A DNA stretch of 64,000 nucleotides from Hormiphora californensis (lineage: Eukaryota; Animalia; Ctenophora), in contig CM035352.1 in the NCBI GenBank assembly GCA_020137815.1, positions 5,518,001 through 5,582,000 on the forward strand, in the 5' to 3' direction. Shown piece by piece: positions 22,912-36,911 of this stretch (the stretch's first letter is position 1; each line of letters begins with the position of its first letter). Made by a program: the position numbers and the translations under genes. The notes under the pieces were generated by a model that was given only the letters and a program-made list of their open reading frames with translations, made no database searches and was not told where the DNA came from.

Positions 22912-25900
22912 ATGATGATGTTATTTCTCCTCACCCTGACCCTGGCCAGGACAGCATCTGGGACAGAGCTGTATTTCGGTTGTTTAGAGAACAGTGTAGA
23001 CTTTACCACCGCGGTGGGGCTATGTGAGCAGAGGAACATGAGCCTGGCGACAATCAGGAACGAAAACGACCAGGAAAACTTAAAAAGCCTGTTTAGGACT
23101 GAGTCATGCAATTGTAAGTAGTAGCGAGGTGATTGATCACTAATAACTTATGATATTCAGAGACCAATAAGACCAAAAATGTTGATTACCTATAACTGTT
23201 TCCCACTGCATAGATACTACCACTGTGGTATATAGAAAGGCATGGCTGAACTATAAGAAAGGCGTATGGAAGGGCCCAGTTGACTATCCAGTGATCTACA
23301 CAAACTGGGCAAGTGGGGTAATCGGAACCAACCAACAAGTGTGTCCTGTTCTCCACCAAACTTTGGGCCACAAAACGATGTTCTAACAGTGCTTCTAAAC
23401 ATTCTACTATGCGAGAACAGGCGTGAGTAACAATATTCTAAGCAAACTATACTTATATTCATTGAAACTACAACTGCAGTGTTACAGAGGTACTGAAACA
23501 CCCCATAATATAGGTGATGAGGATACTGGCTCAGTGGCAATACAACTCTCCAAGGGTGCCTCTATAACCACTCTGAATAACGTCTCTAGCAGTGTTACTG
23601 TGGAGTTTGTCACAAACACAGCAAACCTACTAACGGTACAATTTAGTCACAATAAATCGTAGAATAACAGTAGTAGTAACTTATAGAAAATGTTATATTG
23701 AAAGTCAGAATACGCTCATCTAAACTTTAGGTAGAAGAAAAAGAAGGGGGACTACAGATATCTTGTATGGATGGCTTGGAGCTAGGTGGTATAGGAACAT
23801 TAGGGAGAGTGACAGTGACAGCAGGTAGCAATGGGACCACTATATCAAGAGAGGGAGAGAGGACCCCCAGTCCTGAGGTTCAGATTAGCAACAACACTCG
23901 CATCATAATAAGGGCTGATGACTCAGGTAACATATGCAGGGAGAGCGGGTTGATAAAGCTGAAAACAATATGAGCAGAATGCAGATTGCAAAACGGATTC
24001 TCTTTCTCTCCTTAATCTCTACGTCTCTCTATTTATCTCCCTATCTAGATACCTATCTCTCCGTCTCTCTACCTCCAACTAACTTCCAACACCAGGCTGT
24101 ATGATAACGAATGCAACTGTAACGGATCTATCCAGTGGAACTATAAATTGGGACAGCTACAATTGGAATATGACTGGGTCCCACAAGTTCATTGATCTAA
24201 CACAGGGTGAGAGCAGCTGGAAAGAATCGGGTGATATATCTGGGGAGATGACACCTAAAACCGGCTCAAAATACACCCCCATCCTCTTCCGATTGTCTCC
24301 TTTTCCCACCACTTCCTCCCTACAAATTATATTATTGCAGTGTGTGTACAAAAGATGAAACCTAAGTCAGGTCACCTAACCCGGCCGTAGCACGAGACAA
24401 GATGTCTCTTTGTGTCCAACCAGATATAATATTCCCTCCGCCCTCAGACACAACAGACTGTAAAGAAGGGACATATTTGGATGTGGAGGGAGGGACATGT
24501 CTCCCTTGTCCATTAGGAACATATCAGAACTTGAGAGGACAGGAGGAGTGTAAACCATGTCCTGAGAGTATAGAGGTGGATGTTACCTTGGGGCATGTGG
24601 TCTGTAGATGTATGGGTAAGTGGTTGGAGGATCAGAAATACTAATAAGCCAATCACTAATTACTACTAACGACTAAATGTAACCACTAATTAATATCTCA
24701 TTAGCGGATGTGATTTGTGAAGAAGCAGGAAACTTGGACTCCTTGATCACTGCCTCATCTCCCACGGCCAGTATTTTCAACCAAACTAATCCCCATGATG
24801 CCCCATTGAACATCAGCACTGCCGTTCCTGTCATCAACTCTACAGACATGGGGGATGATGTGGTCAACTCTACAGATATAATACCGGAAGATGTTAACTC
24901 TACCCAGCCAGCACCAGATCACGCTACAACCAGACCAGTTATAATATCCAACACTACAACTAACGCTCCATTGAAACACAACTAAACACTCTAACAAAAC
25001 AGCTGACTCCGCCAAAACGACCCATGAACCCTTGTTTACCAACGGAGACAAACACCCGGATAAGCCGCGACCCTAAACCAGTCACAGAAACTGATAAGGC
25101 ACTACAGGATCTCTCCAAAACAGAGGTTACTGCAGAGAACAGTGGAGCTGTAATGGACTCTCTTCAGAGCGCCACATCCGACATGGCAGAGGTGACTGCT
25201 GCAGGGGTCGAGGCTGTGGCAGGGGTTTTGGAACAGTTATCTGAGATACCGGGGAGCGGGGAGGCGGTTGTAGGGATAGCGAGTAACCTGATGACAGTTG
25301 ACGAGAGTGCAATGTCACACAAGTCTAAAAACAGGTACAATATACAGATAACGGAGTGTGCTTTAGGTGTCAACTTACCCAACTCTCTCTCTCCTTCTAT
25401 CACTCTCTGATCCTGTTCTCTCTCTGTCCTTCTCTCCCCTTCTATTATTTCTACTATTTCAGCCTGCACTCAGTGTTATCAAAAACCGCTGAGATGCTGT
25501 CAAATTCTAAAGAGGATGTAACCATCACGACTGATAACCTGGACATTGTCACCCGGAAAATAGAGCAAGGAAGTGAGGCTGAGATAAAGACAAATCTTAC
25601 TGACGTACTTATACCCCCTTATCTTACCTCACAAGCAGATGGTAAGAGAACCCAAGGCAATATATCTATTATCTGTGACGAATGCTTTAGCTTATTAAAA
25701 ACACCAGCTACACACTTTGTGTATGAATTAAGTGTAGGAAGCATATATATGAGCTGTCCTGAGTTCCATTCCGGCTTGGTACACAGCAACACATGCTTTC
25801 CACCCATTCCGTACATATGGTAGTGTAACTATAGCAACTGTGGTAGTGTTACTATAGCAACTGTTTCAGGAGCATACATGGTGGTGTATAAGAACGCAAT

Positions 25901-27561
25901 GTTATTCCACACTCCCTCCAACGCGACCCTGGCCCCCATTATAAGTGATTTCTTCATGAAGGGGTTGGAGGTGGTGGGAAGTGAGGAGGAGATAGCACTC
26001 ACATTCTCAGGAATTGAAGAGTGGAGAGACAATGATACACATCAAGTGGAGTGTGTGTATTGGGACGAGGGAGAGTGGAGTAACTACGGGTGTAGGTGGG
26101 CTGATGGGACCTGCTTCTGTAACCATACCACCGCCTTTACCGCTCTACTGGTATGTTAGATGAGGGATTAGGGACACTGTGATCGGTAATAACCAGATTC
26201 TTACGAAATTTTGATACTCTGTTATTTGTTAACAGACCACATTATATCCCTTTTCTGCAGTCGTTTAGAGGTCTAGGATCCCACCGCACAGAGCACAATG
26301 GCTCGGGTGAAGGGCCACAACCAGTTGAATTGGATCTATTCTGGTTGGAAGTAACTTGTTTCACCCTCTCAATTATCTGCTCAACCGGCTTTCTCTGCAC
26401 CATTGTTTTCATCAGGTAATCTTAACTGGCTTCACAACAATTGATGATCATATCTACTGATGGGACATCGTTTTTCAAACACAAAGTCTGTTTTTTTAGG
26501 GGACTGAGAACGCTACAAAGTTTCAAAATGCACGGGATCCTGGCAATGGCTCTGATCATCTTTTACCTTTCTTATCTCATTCAGTCAATCTTCTCTCCCC
26601 CGGTAAGTGCTGTAGATCATCATTTTAAGGCCAGAAGGTCAACAAATAAATGTTCTCTTCAGTGCAATGATTTCTCCCTCTGCAGGGTATCTTGTGCAGA
26701 CTAATAGGAGTGTTTGTCCATTGGAGCACGCTCTGTGTATTCCTAGCGATGCTGCTGGAAGCCCTGACTGTATACATGGCTATCGTGGTAGTATTCAACT
26801 CCCATATCAGTCACATTGTAATAAAGGCTGCGACCGCTGTGTGGGGTATACCTACTGTAGTAGTGGGTATAGTGGTGGGGATTACCAAGGGGAGTGTGTA
26901 CAGCGATCAAAAGTAAGTTGTGATAGTACCACGCTGACAGACACATTGAGAACTGATGAAGTCTGACAAAACTTCACCGCAAAGCTTCTAAATAGTATTT
27001 CGCTACTTCCTACACAGGTGTTTGTTGATACCTCCGTTTAGTGTCTACCTCCAATCTGTTCCTGTTCTTGCAATAATCACTGTAAACAGCTTTATATTTG
27101 GTGGAGTTCTGTTCAGAACTATACGAAAACAGTTGGACAGGTGAGGTGTTTTATATTATTGGAAACTTGGCAAACTATCGTGTGGACTTCAATATTCTTT
27201 TCAATGAATAGGCCGGTTTTTGTCCAACTGAGCGTGGTTCAGACTTAAAACCTACCATTTCAGGGGTAACTTTGATAAATCTCAATACCTGGCCCAACTA
27301 AAAATGGCTTTCACCTTGAATTCCATATTCGGAATTGGCTACATAATTGGAATTTTCACTGACTACTCGGTAGTTCTCCAAGTGCTCTTTTCTCTTTTCA
27401 ATGGACTGACGGGATGCTTTGTGCTGTGTCTGTTCGGTGTTTTCAATCCTTTGACTCGGAAGAGCGTACGGAAATCGGTGAGGGGTCGATTCAAGAAGAT
27501 TCCCAGTAGTGATCCAAACACAGCTTCTTCCAATTTTGGATCAAAGAAAAACACAAGCTGA
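22912..27561 (+). CDS. Adhesion GPCR: signal peptide, C-type-lectin-like, pentraxin/LamG-like, Cys-rich ephrin-receptor-like repeat, Ser/Thr/Pro stalk, GAIN/GPS, 7TM
   Basis: CEQRNMSLATIRN; CLPCPLGTYQNLRGQEECKPCP; GPS CVYWDEGEWSNYGC...CFCNHTTAFTALL; TM CRLIGVFVHWSTLCVFLAMLLEAL, WGIP, LFSLFNGLTG. Confidence 0.9.
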
Positions 27562-28385
27562 AAATCTGCAAAATTGCTAATGGAAACAGTGTCTGACTGC
27601 TTTGTACCGTCTAAAGTGTCGCCGACAGTGTGGGAACTGCGAAGAGAATATTCAATATCGGAATATTATTATTATGGACTATGGCTGAGTTATTAATTGA
27701 TTTAATCAAAGACAAAAGTATATATTTTAACATATGATGTATGATGCCGTCAAATTTCAAACTATGAAGTTTGATGTATTTGCACTAGCGGGTCTCGGGT
27801 CCGGCAAATGGCAACCCTGTAAAGTGTAAATAATTTTTTGCTGAAACAAATCTGTTTCTTGAAGATCTGCTGGTATTTCGACGAAGGCCAGATAATAGGA
27901 CCAGCCTTCTGAAGCGGTTAACCCAAGTGGTTGGCCTATGCTACAGTCCCTAATGAAGCCGTGGAAAACGTGCGCACTAGGGGTCTGCAGCGCATGCCAA
28001 CCCAAGTGGATGTGATCAAAAATGAGCGAAGTGATGCGATTGATGACATGGCGGATATTTCCCCCAGTTTTGCAAAAAAGTTCAATGTTGCAGCCTGCAG
28101 GAGATGCCAAGGGATTCCAATTTCCATGGACAACAAATTTAAAATTTCAGGTTTCCGACATATTAAATTCGAAAGCTCCGCCTTACATTTTCTTTTTGTC
28201 AGCACTGACGTGCTTTTTTTGGACACGCGCATGTATAAAGACATTTGCGCCGGCGCGTCACGAGCCGCGCAATTAAATTCCAGAAGTTCAAGCTTTTCAA
28301 AAAAATGAAAAACCGCGTTTTTTCAAAATTACGGTTTGAGAAGTTGAAAAGCCTGAAAAGGCAAAAGCGCTGCCTTATCCCACAC

Positions 28386-28647
28386 GGGCGCGGTTATAAT
28401 CTGGGTGCCTTGCAGCCTGTTTACAGGTGCGCGCTACCAAAAGAGTATACTTAGACCGACTTTTTTCAAACGGGAACCACATGGCCGATTTGAGTAAACT
28501 AAACGGTATCAGTTAGAGAATCGATAGCCCTAACCGATAACCCCAAACCAAACCCTAACCAGACCCTAACGGATAGCCCTAACCCGTCGCGCGCGCCAAA
28601 ACTACGAATTGTTAGCAATGAAAGGCACCCAGATTTTAACGTTTTCC
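28386..28647. mobile_element. 262-bp MULE-like MITE with internal CCCTAA-like repeats
   Basis: GG..GTTA(T/A)AATCTGGGTGCCTT TIRs, 9-bp TSD atcccacac; second copy begins at 63893. Confidence 0.85.
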
Positions 28648-29294
28648 ATCCCACACTGAGGGGTTTGTATCATATGTGATATGCTAACACACTTCTTTGA
28701 GCTCCATCTACACCTTGGAATCAAAGGGAAAATCTTTCGCGTCTGATGGACAAATTCCATAACATCGATGTCCGCATATTCAAGCCACTTGCTCCTAAGA
28801 ACTATTACAGTTCAACTGTATTGATTGTAGTTTGGTTTGGTTTGGGTTGCTCTTCTGGGACGGATCATTTCAGAATAACCACCAGATTGCCCTCTGCCTA
28901 TCCTCGGTGAAAGAATATGATATCATATACTTCTAGATCAAAAAACTAAATTGTTCTCAGCGGAGCTCCCTACGCGCCCTTCGGGCGCTCCGGTCGCAAA
29001 TGCTACTATTAGGAAATAGTGGCCTTTACTTCGGCCACTGCACCCCCCAGAAATATCGGGCTGGAGCCAGCCCTGTTATCTAATCAGTATTTTAATCGAC
29101 ATTTTATATTTTTGTATGATCTGAGAGCAGGTTAATTTGGTTTTTACCACCGTTTTTGAATCTAATTTTGGTTGAGTGTGTGAGTAAACTGCTCTGATTA
29201 TCCCTCAGTGGCAGTATTAGCTATGCTATGCTGTCCCTGGGGGATCTGGGCAGGATACAAGTCTAGATATTATTATTATTATTATTATCTGACA

Positions 29295-32200
29295 GCTGAG
29301 AAAGTGTGAAAGAGACCTAGAGAGTTCCATTTTCCTCGCAAATAGGAGGGCAATATTGACAGTGTCAAATTATTGTAAACAGATTTAATAATAATCTCAG
29401 TGACTTTGAACTAGTTAAGGCTCTTCCGCAAGTTAGATATAAATATTGGTGGTATAGATTATCGTTTTACAGTTATGTACTTCTAAAATGAGGGATGAAC
29501 TTTTTTGTAGTAACTGTACAGTGTACACTGTACATACAACATGTATTGCCTTGTTCGAACCTCCCTCCCCGCACCCCGGGATTGAACAAAACAAGACAAT
29601 AAGCTATTCAATGAAAGAATTATGAATAAAAATATAAACGAATTTAAATGAAAATTAACAAGGCACTACTTGTCAAACTGTCGTGAAGACATGAGTCCTT
29701 GCTGTGTTCACTGGGAAAATGATCCTGCTCTTCTCGTCATAAACATCGCTTATTATCATTCCAGTAACTTGGCCCCAACAAAGGCTGCAATTTGTTGTAA
29801 ACCCTGATTTTTTGAAGTTGTCACCCCCCCCCCTTCTCGTGCACGGAATGCCAGGTTTAATTTGGCAAATAAAAGTAGAAGCTGAGTTACAGCATGTTTT
29901 GTACGAATGGTCCAACTTCATAACAAGACCTTTTTAATTTTGATGGCCAGACCTTTGACGATAGAAACTTCAAACTTTGCCACGATCTTTGATATGATGT
30001 TAAGCATACCTGACCTGCTTTTTCAAAAAAAAATTTCATCATTAACACCTAAACCTGATCTCAAAACCAAGGTTCCGGAGATAATTTTTCAAATATGAGT
30101 ACAGAATTATAATTTTCAGACAATTTGGTTGGGAACATCAAAATTTGGTACATTTTCAATAAGTGGTTGAGGAGCTATTAATTTTTGAAATGAATCAAAA
30201 CGGATCTGTAACCCCTAGCTCAGGTCGCCGGGCGACCTTCGCGTGCGCTGGCAAGGGGTAACTTCGTAACCAAGGTCATTTGGGGGTGACAACTTCAAAA
30301 AATCCGACTTTAACCCTCTTTACATTTGTAATGTGTTTCACGGGCGGGGCGTGCGAAACAGAGTCTAGCCATAGCTTGGTTACGAAGTCACCCCTATTAT
30401 TGCATATAGGGGTGACAATACCGCCTACCTAAAAATGAAAATTTACGGGACCTTCTCATAAAAAGTTATCGAAAACTTGTCTAAAACCTATCTAAAACGT
30501 ATGGTACTAGTTTGTATAGTAACCAGGACCTGAATTCTACAGAAAGTAACGACCGGTAGCGATTACACCACATGTTTAACAACAGAGGTGTGTCGCATAA
30601 CTCCTTATATGGGCATAAAATTCCAATCTTGTGGAATTTTTTCTGACTCGACTATAGCTTAGTTATCAATGAATCCACCTCTAATACCTTTGGAATGGCA
30701 TTTTGCACATTTCTGAAGGTTTTTGTAGCCAAATTCCAGCATCTTCATAGTTTTCCAAAAACAAAAACAGTGTTAATGGCCAAAATATCGAAAAATTCCG
30801 GTATGTAATGGTAGCTCAGACAATTTCCTCGGTATGTTCAAAAAATTAGAACTTTCTGTTTTGTAGTTTGGACACAGGAATTTTTTTCCCGCCGTACAAG
30901 CGATATTATTACCCCTCCGTGAGCTAGCGCAGAGGGGGAATTTCATTACCAAAGCCATAGCACCAACCACAATAACCAACCATCATGTTTATAGTGCAGT
31001 GAACTACATCAACTAACATCACATCATGTTTATAGTGCAGTGAACTACATCAACTAACATCACAACATGTTTATAGTGCAGTGAACTACATCAACTAACA
31101 TCACAACATGTTAATAGTGCAGTGAACTACATCAACTAACATCACAACATGTTAATAGTGCAGTGAACTACATCAACTAACATCACAACATGTTAATAGT
31201 GCAGTGAACTACATCAACTAACATCACAACATGTTAATAGTGCAGTGAACTACATCAACTAACATCACAACATGTTTATAGTGCAGTGAACTACATCAAC
31301 TAACATCACAACATGTTAATAGTGCAGTGAACTACATCAACTAACATCACAACATGTTAATAGTGCAGTGAACTACATCAACTAACATCACAACATGTTA
31401 ATAGTGCAGTGAACTACATCAACTAACATCACAACATGTTTAATAGTGCAGTGAACTACATCAACTAACATCACAACATGTTAATAGTGCAGTGAACTAC
31501 ATCAACTAACATCACAACATGTTTAATAGTGCAGTGAACTACATCAACTAACATCACAACATGTTAATAGTGCAGTGAACTACATCAACTAACATCACAA
31601 CATGTTAATAGTGCAGTGAACTACATCAACTAACATCACAACATGTTAATAGTGCAGTGAACTACATCAACTAACATCACAACATGTTAATAGTGCAGTG
31701 AACTACATCAACTAACATCACAACATGTTTATAGTGCAGTGAACTACATCAACTAACATCACAACATGTTTATAGTGCAGTGAACTACATCAACTAACAT
31801 CACATCATGTTTATAGTGCAGTGAACTACATCAACTAACATCACAACATGTTTATAGTGCAGTGAACTACATCAACTAACATCACAACATGTTTATAGTG
31901 CAGTGAACTACATCAACTAACATCACAACATGTTTATAGTGCAGTGAACTACATCAACTAACATCACATCATGTTTATAGTGCAGTGAACTACATCAACT
32001 AACATCACATCATGTTTATAGTGCAGTGAACTACATCAACTAACATCACAACATGTTAATAGTGCAGTGAACTACATCAACTAACATCACAACATGTTTA
32101 TAGTGCAGTGAACTACATCAACTAACATCACAACATGTTTATAGTGCAGTGAACTACATCAACTAACATCACATCATGTTTATAGTGCAGTGAACTACAT

Positions 32201-33262
32201 CAACTAACATCACATCATGTTTATAGTGCAGTGAACTACATCAACTAACATCACAACATGTTTATAGTGCAGTGAACTACATCAACTAACATCACATCAT
32301 GTTTATAGTGCAGTGAACTACATCAACTAACATCACATCATGTTTATAGTGCAGTGAACTACATCAACTAACATCACATCATGTTTATAGTGCAGTGAAC
32401 TACATCAACTAACATCACATCATGTTTATAGTGCAGTGAACTACATCAACTAACATCACAACATGTTAATAGTGCAGTGAACTACATCAACTAACATCAC
32501 ATCATGTTTATAGTGCAGTGAACTACATCAACTAACATCACAACATGTTAATAGTGCAGTGAACTACATCAACTAACATCACAACATGTTTATAGTGCAG
32601 TGAACTACATCAACTAACATCACAACATGTTTATAGTGCAGTGAACTACATCAACTAACATCACAACATGTTTATAGTGCAGTGAACTACATCAACTAAC
32701 ATCACAACATGTTTATAGTGCAGTGAACTACATCAACTAACATCACAACATGTTTATAGTGCAGTGAACTACATCAACTAACATCACATCATGTTTATAG
32801 TGCAGTGAACTACATGTGCCAGGATGTGGCGGTTGTGGCACCTACCGTGAGCTGCTGGGAGCATTTCTTCAGGCACTATCAGGTGACAGGCTGGTACTCT
32901 TCGAACAGTCTCTCTCTATCGCTCTCTATCGCTCTCTATCTCTCTTAACCTATCTCTCTCTCTCTACCTCTATTTCTCTCTCCCTATCTCTCTAACTCCC
33001 TCACTCACCCTCCTAGGTATGTGGTAACTGTAAGGAATCGATGGTACTGTGTAAAGCCCTGAAACCACGGCCTCTTGGCAAGCTAAGGAACGCGAGGATT
33101 AGCAAACGCCCAGCCGCACTGCCCCCGCTAGCAAGTAAGGATGAAATTAAATCGGACACCTTGCCTCTCTCCTGCAGCGGTACATTTTGTAGTATAGTGT
33201 ACTTTATTGCACTCCTGCTGTCCTCTTTCTTTGTCTCCCTCTCTTTCACCCTCTTTCTCTCT

Positions 33263-33316
<54 letters not shown>

Positions 33317-35340
33317 TTCTCTCTCTCCATCAAATACACAACCTTTTTGAACGCGTATGGTAAGGTGTTCAAATGTCATTTGTGTCTGCTGCTCGAGATC
33401 GAGATATATCACTCTTGTTTTGTACGTTGTGCTCTTGTTACATGGCTATCAATTTCTGGTGGTCTTTTACATAGCTACCCAAAGAGGCTGTGTGTTAGAG
33501 TCTAAAATAGACAAGTTGTTCTTGCGTGAATCAGCTCCATTCGTTAAATTTAATTGGTTAATTATACGACAGTTAACACCACTAAGGATATAGTGCAATG
33601 AAAGGTTCTACCAAGAGGAAGATTGTTGCTTTCACCTATGACACAAGGGGGATCACACAGCGAGATACCCGAACACCACGCTGTGCGGGTAGTGGCCCAG
33701 TGTCTCCTGGGTTCGGGGGTATTCTTACTGTTAATGGGAACTCATCACGTGAAAGTAGCTCTTCCAGCCAGTGTATGTCTGTCTGTCTGTCTGTCTGTCT
33801 GCTGGTACGTTTATCTGAATAATTTGTCTGTCTTTGTGAACTGCATTTGTCTGTCCGTACGTTTGTCTGCCTGTGCGTCATTCAATGCTTGTGAGGGAAG
33901 GCTATTGTTTCATTGTCTAATACTCAAGTTATACTTGTTCAACTTTTTGTAAAACTAACAGTTTGTCGTCAGTTCACACGATCCACTTTTTTAACTTGAT
34001 CTCCTAACCACTAGAACTAGTAGTGATCTTGGCCTCCTCAGAACTGGTTGCCTAGTATAGCTAGACTGTGTTTCGTGCGCCCCGCCCAAATGTAAAGGAG
34101 GGTTAGAACATAACAATTCAGAACTGGTAAGGGTGGTGATCATGAATCTTTAATCTTCCATTTCCACAGATCGGGGAGGAGGAGTGATATTGGACGTGTG
34201 TGCAGAAATGGTAGCAATTGAGAAATCTCTGTTAAAACAGTTCCAGCCTAAAGCGTGCACCTCCTCTCTTTCCATCAACAAACTTGGTAGGTCATCTGAT
34301 GAGTAGTCGCTCTTCTTGGTAACGAAGTCACCCCTCCCTTGCCGGCGTGCGAAGCGTGCCGAACGAAGGCCGCGAAGCGGCCTGAGTTAAACAGAGTGTG
34401 AGGTGTCTTCGATACCAATCGCTGTTCGTGACACAATTTGTTATTTTAGTTTTCAATAGTGTGCTGTATAAATTATAATTGTACTTGAAACGCTTCCCTT
34501 TTTCAGCACCGATTATAAAAAGTCAGCAGCAACAAAAACCGGAACAGATAACAGTGCGATCATTTACTACCGGGCTATTCAACCCGTCAGAGGTTAGTTG
34601 TGATGAGGTTGTTAGTGAGGTTAGAAGGAGGCTAGTTAGATATTAGTTGTAAGGAGAGGAGGTTCATAGTGAGGTAAGGAGAGGAGGTGCATAAGAGGTA
34701 ATTAGTTGGAGGTTGTTTCCGTGAGTACTAAATGTATGAACTAATAAATAGTCTCGTGACTGTATGTGCTGCAGCTGTATCAGTAGACGTCGTTTACTTT
34801 TTAATATGAAATTTGGTGCCTTTAAACTGTCTCCCTTATGATATTAGTAAGAGCTCTGTCTATCTCTGGTCTTTATCTATCGATATCTCTCACTGTCTAT
34901 CTATATCTCTCGCTATCTATGATCTATCTCTCCCTCATACCTATATTTTCTCTGCCAATAACTGGCTTGTGTGCGTGTACGATAATAGACACTCAGCTCT
35001 TTTCATGCACTATAAGATGAGATTGATTGAAGAGGATGGAGTAGCGAATACCAGAGAGTTAGAGAGTTAGAGATTTACAGAGATCGAAAGTTGGTATCGA
35101 AGACACCTCACACTCTGTTTAGCCGGGCGACCAAGGGGTAACTTCGTAACCAAGATCGAAAGGGAGATGCAAAGAGAGAGAGAGAACAGAGTGATTTAGG
35201 CCGAGATTCTGAGAATGTCTAAAATATTTTCGGTCAATACTCATTATGATGTAATATGGATGGTGCGATGTGTGTGAAAACCTGTATGAGAGAACTGACG
35301 ACATTGATTAAAAGATACCACAAGATGGCCATGATATGAC
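29295..35340 (+). CDS. Unknown multi-exon gene (partial model; may start at about 28746)
   Basis: Exons 29295-29374, 32801-32882, 33017-33179, about 33594-33770, 34170-34286, 34507-34592 and about 35200-35340 give LRKCERDLESS...KLFAVNYMCQDVAVVAPTVSCWEHFFRHYQVCGNCKES... Confidence 0.5.
29798..30312. mobile_element. Degenerate TIR element (GATTTTTTGAAGTTGTCACCCC)
   Basis: Inverted match between about 29806-29828 and 30284-30305; the same terminus reappears at 63986-64000. Confidence 0.55.
30376..30952 (-). mobile_element. Non-autonomous MULE-like element, copy 2 (inverted)
   Basis: 9-bp TSD agccatagc; reverse complement of 10240-10815. Confidence 0.9.
30981..32815 (+). repeat. Intronic 41-bp minisatellite (about 45 copies) made of the 3' splice site of exon 32801-32882
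   Basis: Unit caACTAACatcacaacatgtttatAG|tgcagtgaactacat; the last unit continues into the exon. Confidence 0.95.
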
Positions 35341-36200
35341 CTCATCATGATGTTGTGTGGATGAAAGATAACTGACCTATTGTGGCCACCCCCGTTTAAT
35401 ATTCACTGAAGCGAGTCTGGGAAAGTTCATATTGCCTGCACAAGGTATAGTGGGAGAGATAGAAAGAGTCAGAGAGAGATATGGAAGGAGAGGGAGATAT
35501 GGAAGGAGAGGGAGATAGAGCGAGATATGGGGGAGGAGAGAGAGAGAGAGGGGGGAGAGGGAAAGTTGACTGTCGACAGATTTCAGAATATGTTCAACAA
35601 AGATTCTTTGTCAAAGAAGAATAAACATGATAATGAACTACATTAACCGTAGTTAATGTAGTTCATTATCATGTAGTTCATTATCATGATATGTGAGCGC
35701 TGCAGATAACATGTGCCCTGTTTAATACGCCTAACTGGTTAGAAAGCAAGAACCCTGTTTAAATACAAGGATTGTTGCTGTTCGAGATATCCGATATAAA
35801 GATAGTGCTAATACATCAGTACTGTGGCAATATGATATGCGCCTAGATATATCGAATCCAGTGGATCGCTTGGTTACTTCCTTCGTTAAACAAGCATTGA
35901 AACTGGAGGGTTGGAGTAACTCATATACAGTGTTGTCCTACACTGACTGTACACCGCGCAACCGAGGTGAACAGTCCTACCCCAAACATTGGTTTAGCAC
36001 GCGCAAAGATGAAACGAGGCGCGTTAAACACAGTTTGAACTCTTCAAAATCATTCATTCTTGTAAAAAAGAGCTCTCGCGACGTTCCCACGGTCCGTGGG
36101 AAAAGCGAGAGACGCGCTCAGACTATAGAGAGAGAAGAGTAGGCGCGTGTTAGCAGTTGCTGTGTGCGGCGCGTTCCAGATTCAAGAAGACCCTTTGACG

Positions 36201-36286
36201 TGAGACCCTCCTCGCTACGCGAGGCCGCTACGCGGCCTCACGTAGCCGCACCGGGCCTTCGGCCCGGTGCGAAGAGGAGGGTCTCA
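36201..36286. repeat. T-shaped palindromic mini-element
   Basis: 13-bp outer stem plus two internal hairpins; partial copy at about 12976-13028. Confidence 0.8.
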
Positions 36287-36911
36287 TATGAGACAAATAC
36301 AGTGCGGCACATTAATGTGTTTGTATCTGATTTTTCGGAATGACCAGTTGGGCTATTAAACAGTAATCACGACATATTAATTGAAGAATAAACATGTGAA
36401 TAATATTGTCCTTACACACACACAGCTGTGAGCTCCTGAAAAGCGTTCTTCCCACAGCTTGAATTGTCCAATTTGTAATTTTACATTTTATAAGATATCT
36501 TAGTTTACACGAGGTTCCAAGGGAGACCCATTATTGTCCCAGAATCCAAACCCCCGAACCCCCCCCCCCCCTCAACCCCCGAACCAACTAATGCAAGTAT
36601 TTAATTGCCAAGTTAGACTGTTATTCGTGTTTTTATAAAATAAAATAAAAGAGTTTGTACAAAACAAGTATTTAACAACTCTCTCCCATGTTCTCAGAAA
36701 AAAGAAGCAAGGAGCAATCTGAGTGATGAGGATTTTCATATTGCGAGTCAGGTATAGATAGTTGTGTCTGCATGATATCAATCTTTTGGTCATCTGTCTC
36801 CATTATAATATGTCTCTCCCTCTCTCTTCTCTGATCGGCTGATCCCATCTGTCCGCTACGTGACTCATCTAGTCTCCAGTCTTTCAATCTCCCTCGCTCT
36901 GTCCTTAGTCT

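Noticed and set aside
27757-28310. Overlapping ORFs on both strands; likewise 5528-5953 and 21233-21689
   Set aside because: No recognisable motif or consistent splice model; possibly decayed elements or error-broken exons
30981-32815. CRISPR-like array
   Set aside because: Units are contiguous and near-identical with no unique spacers; eukaryotic intron; no cas genes
34316-35154. Pack-MULE capturing exon 34507-34592
   Set aside because: Facing TTGGT/ACCAA ends have no shared 9-bp TSD; they look like independent short elements
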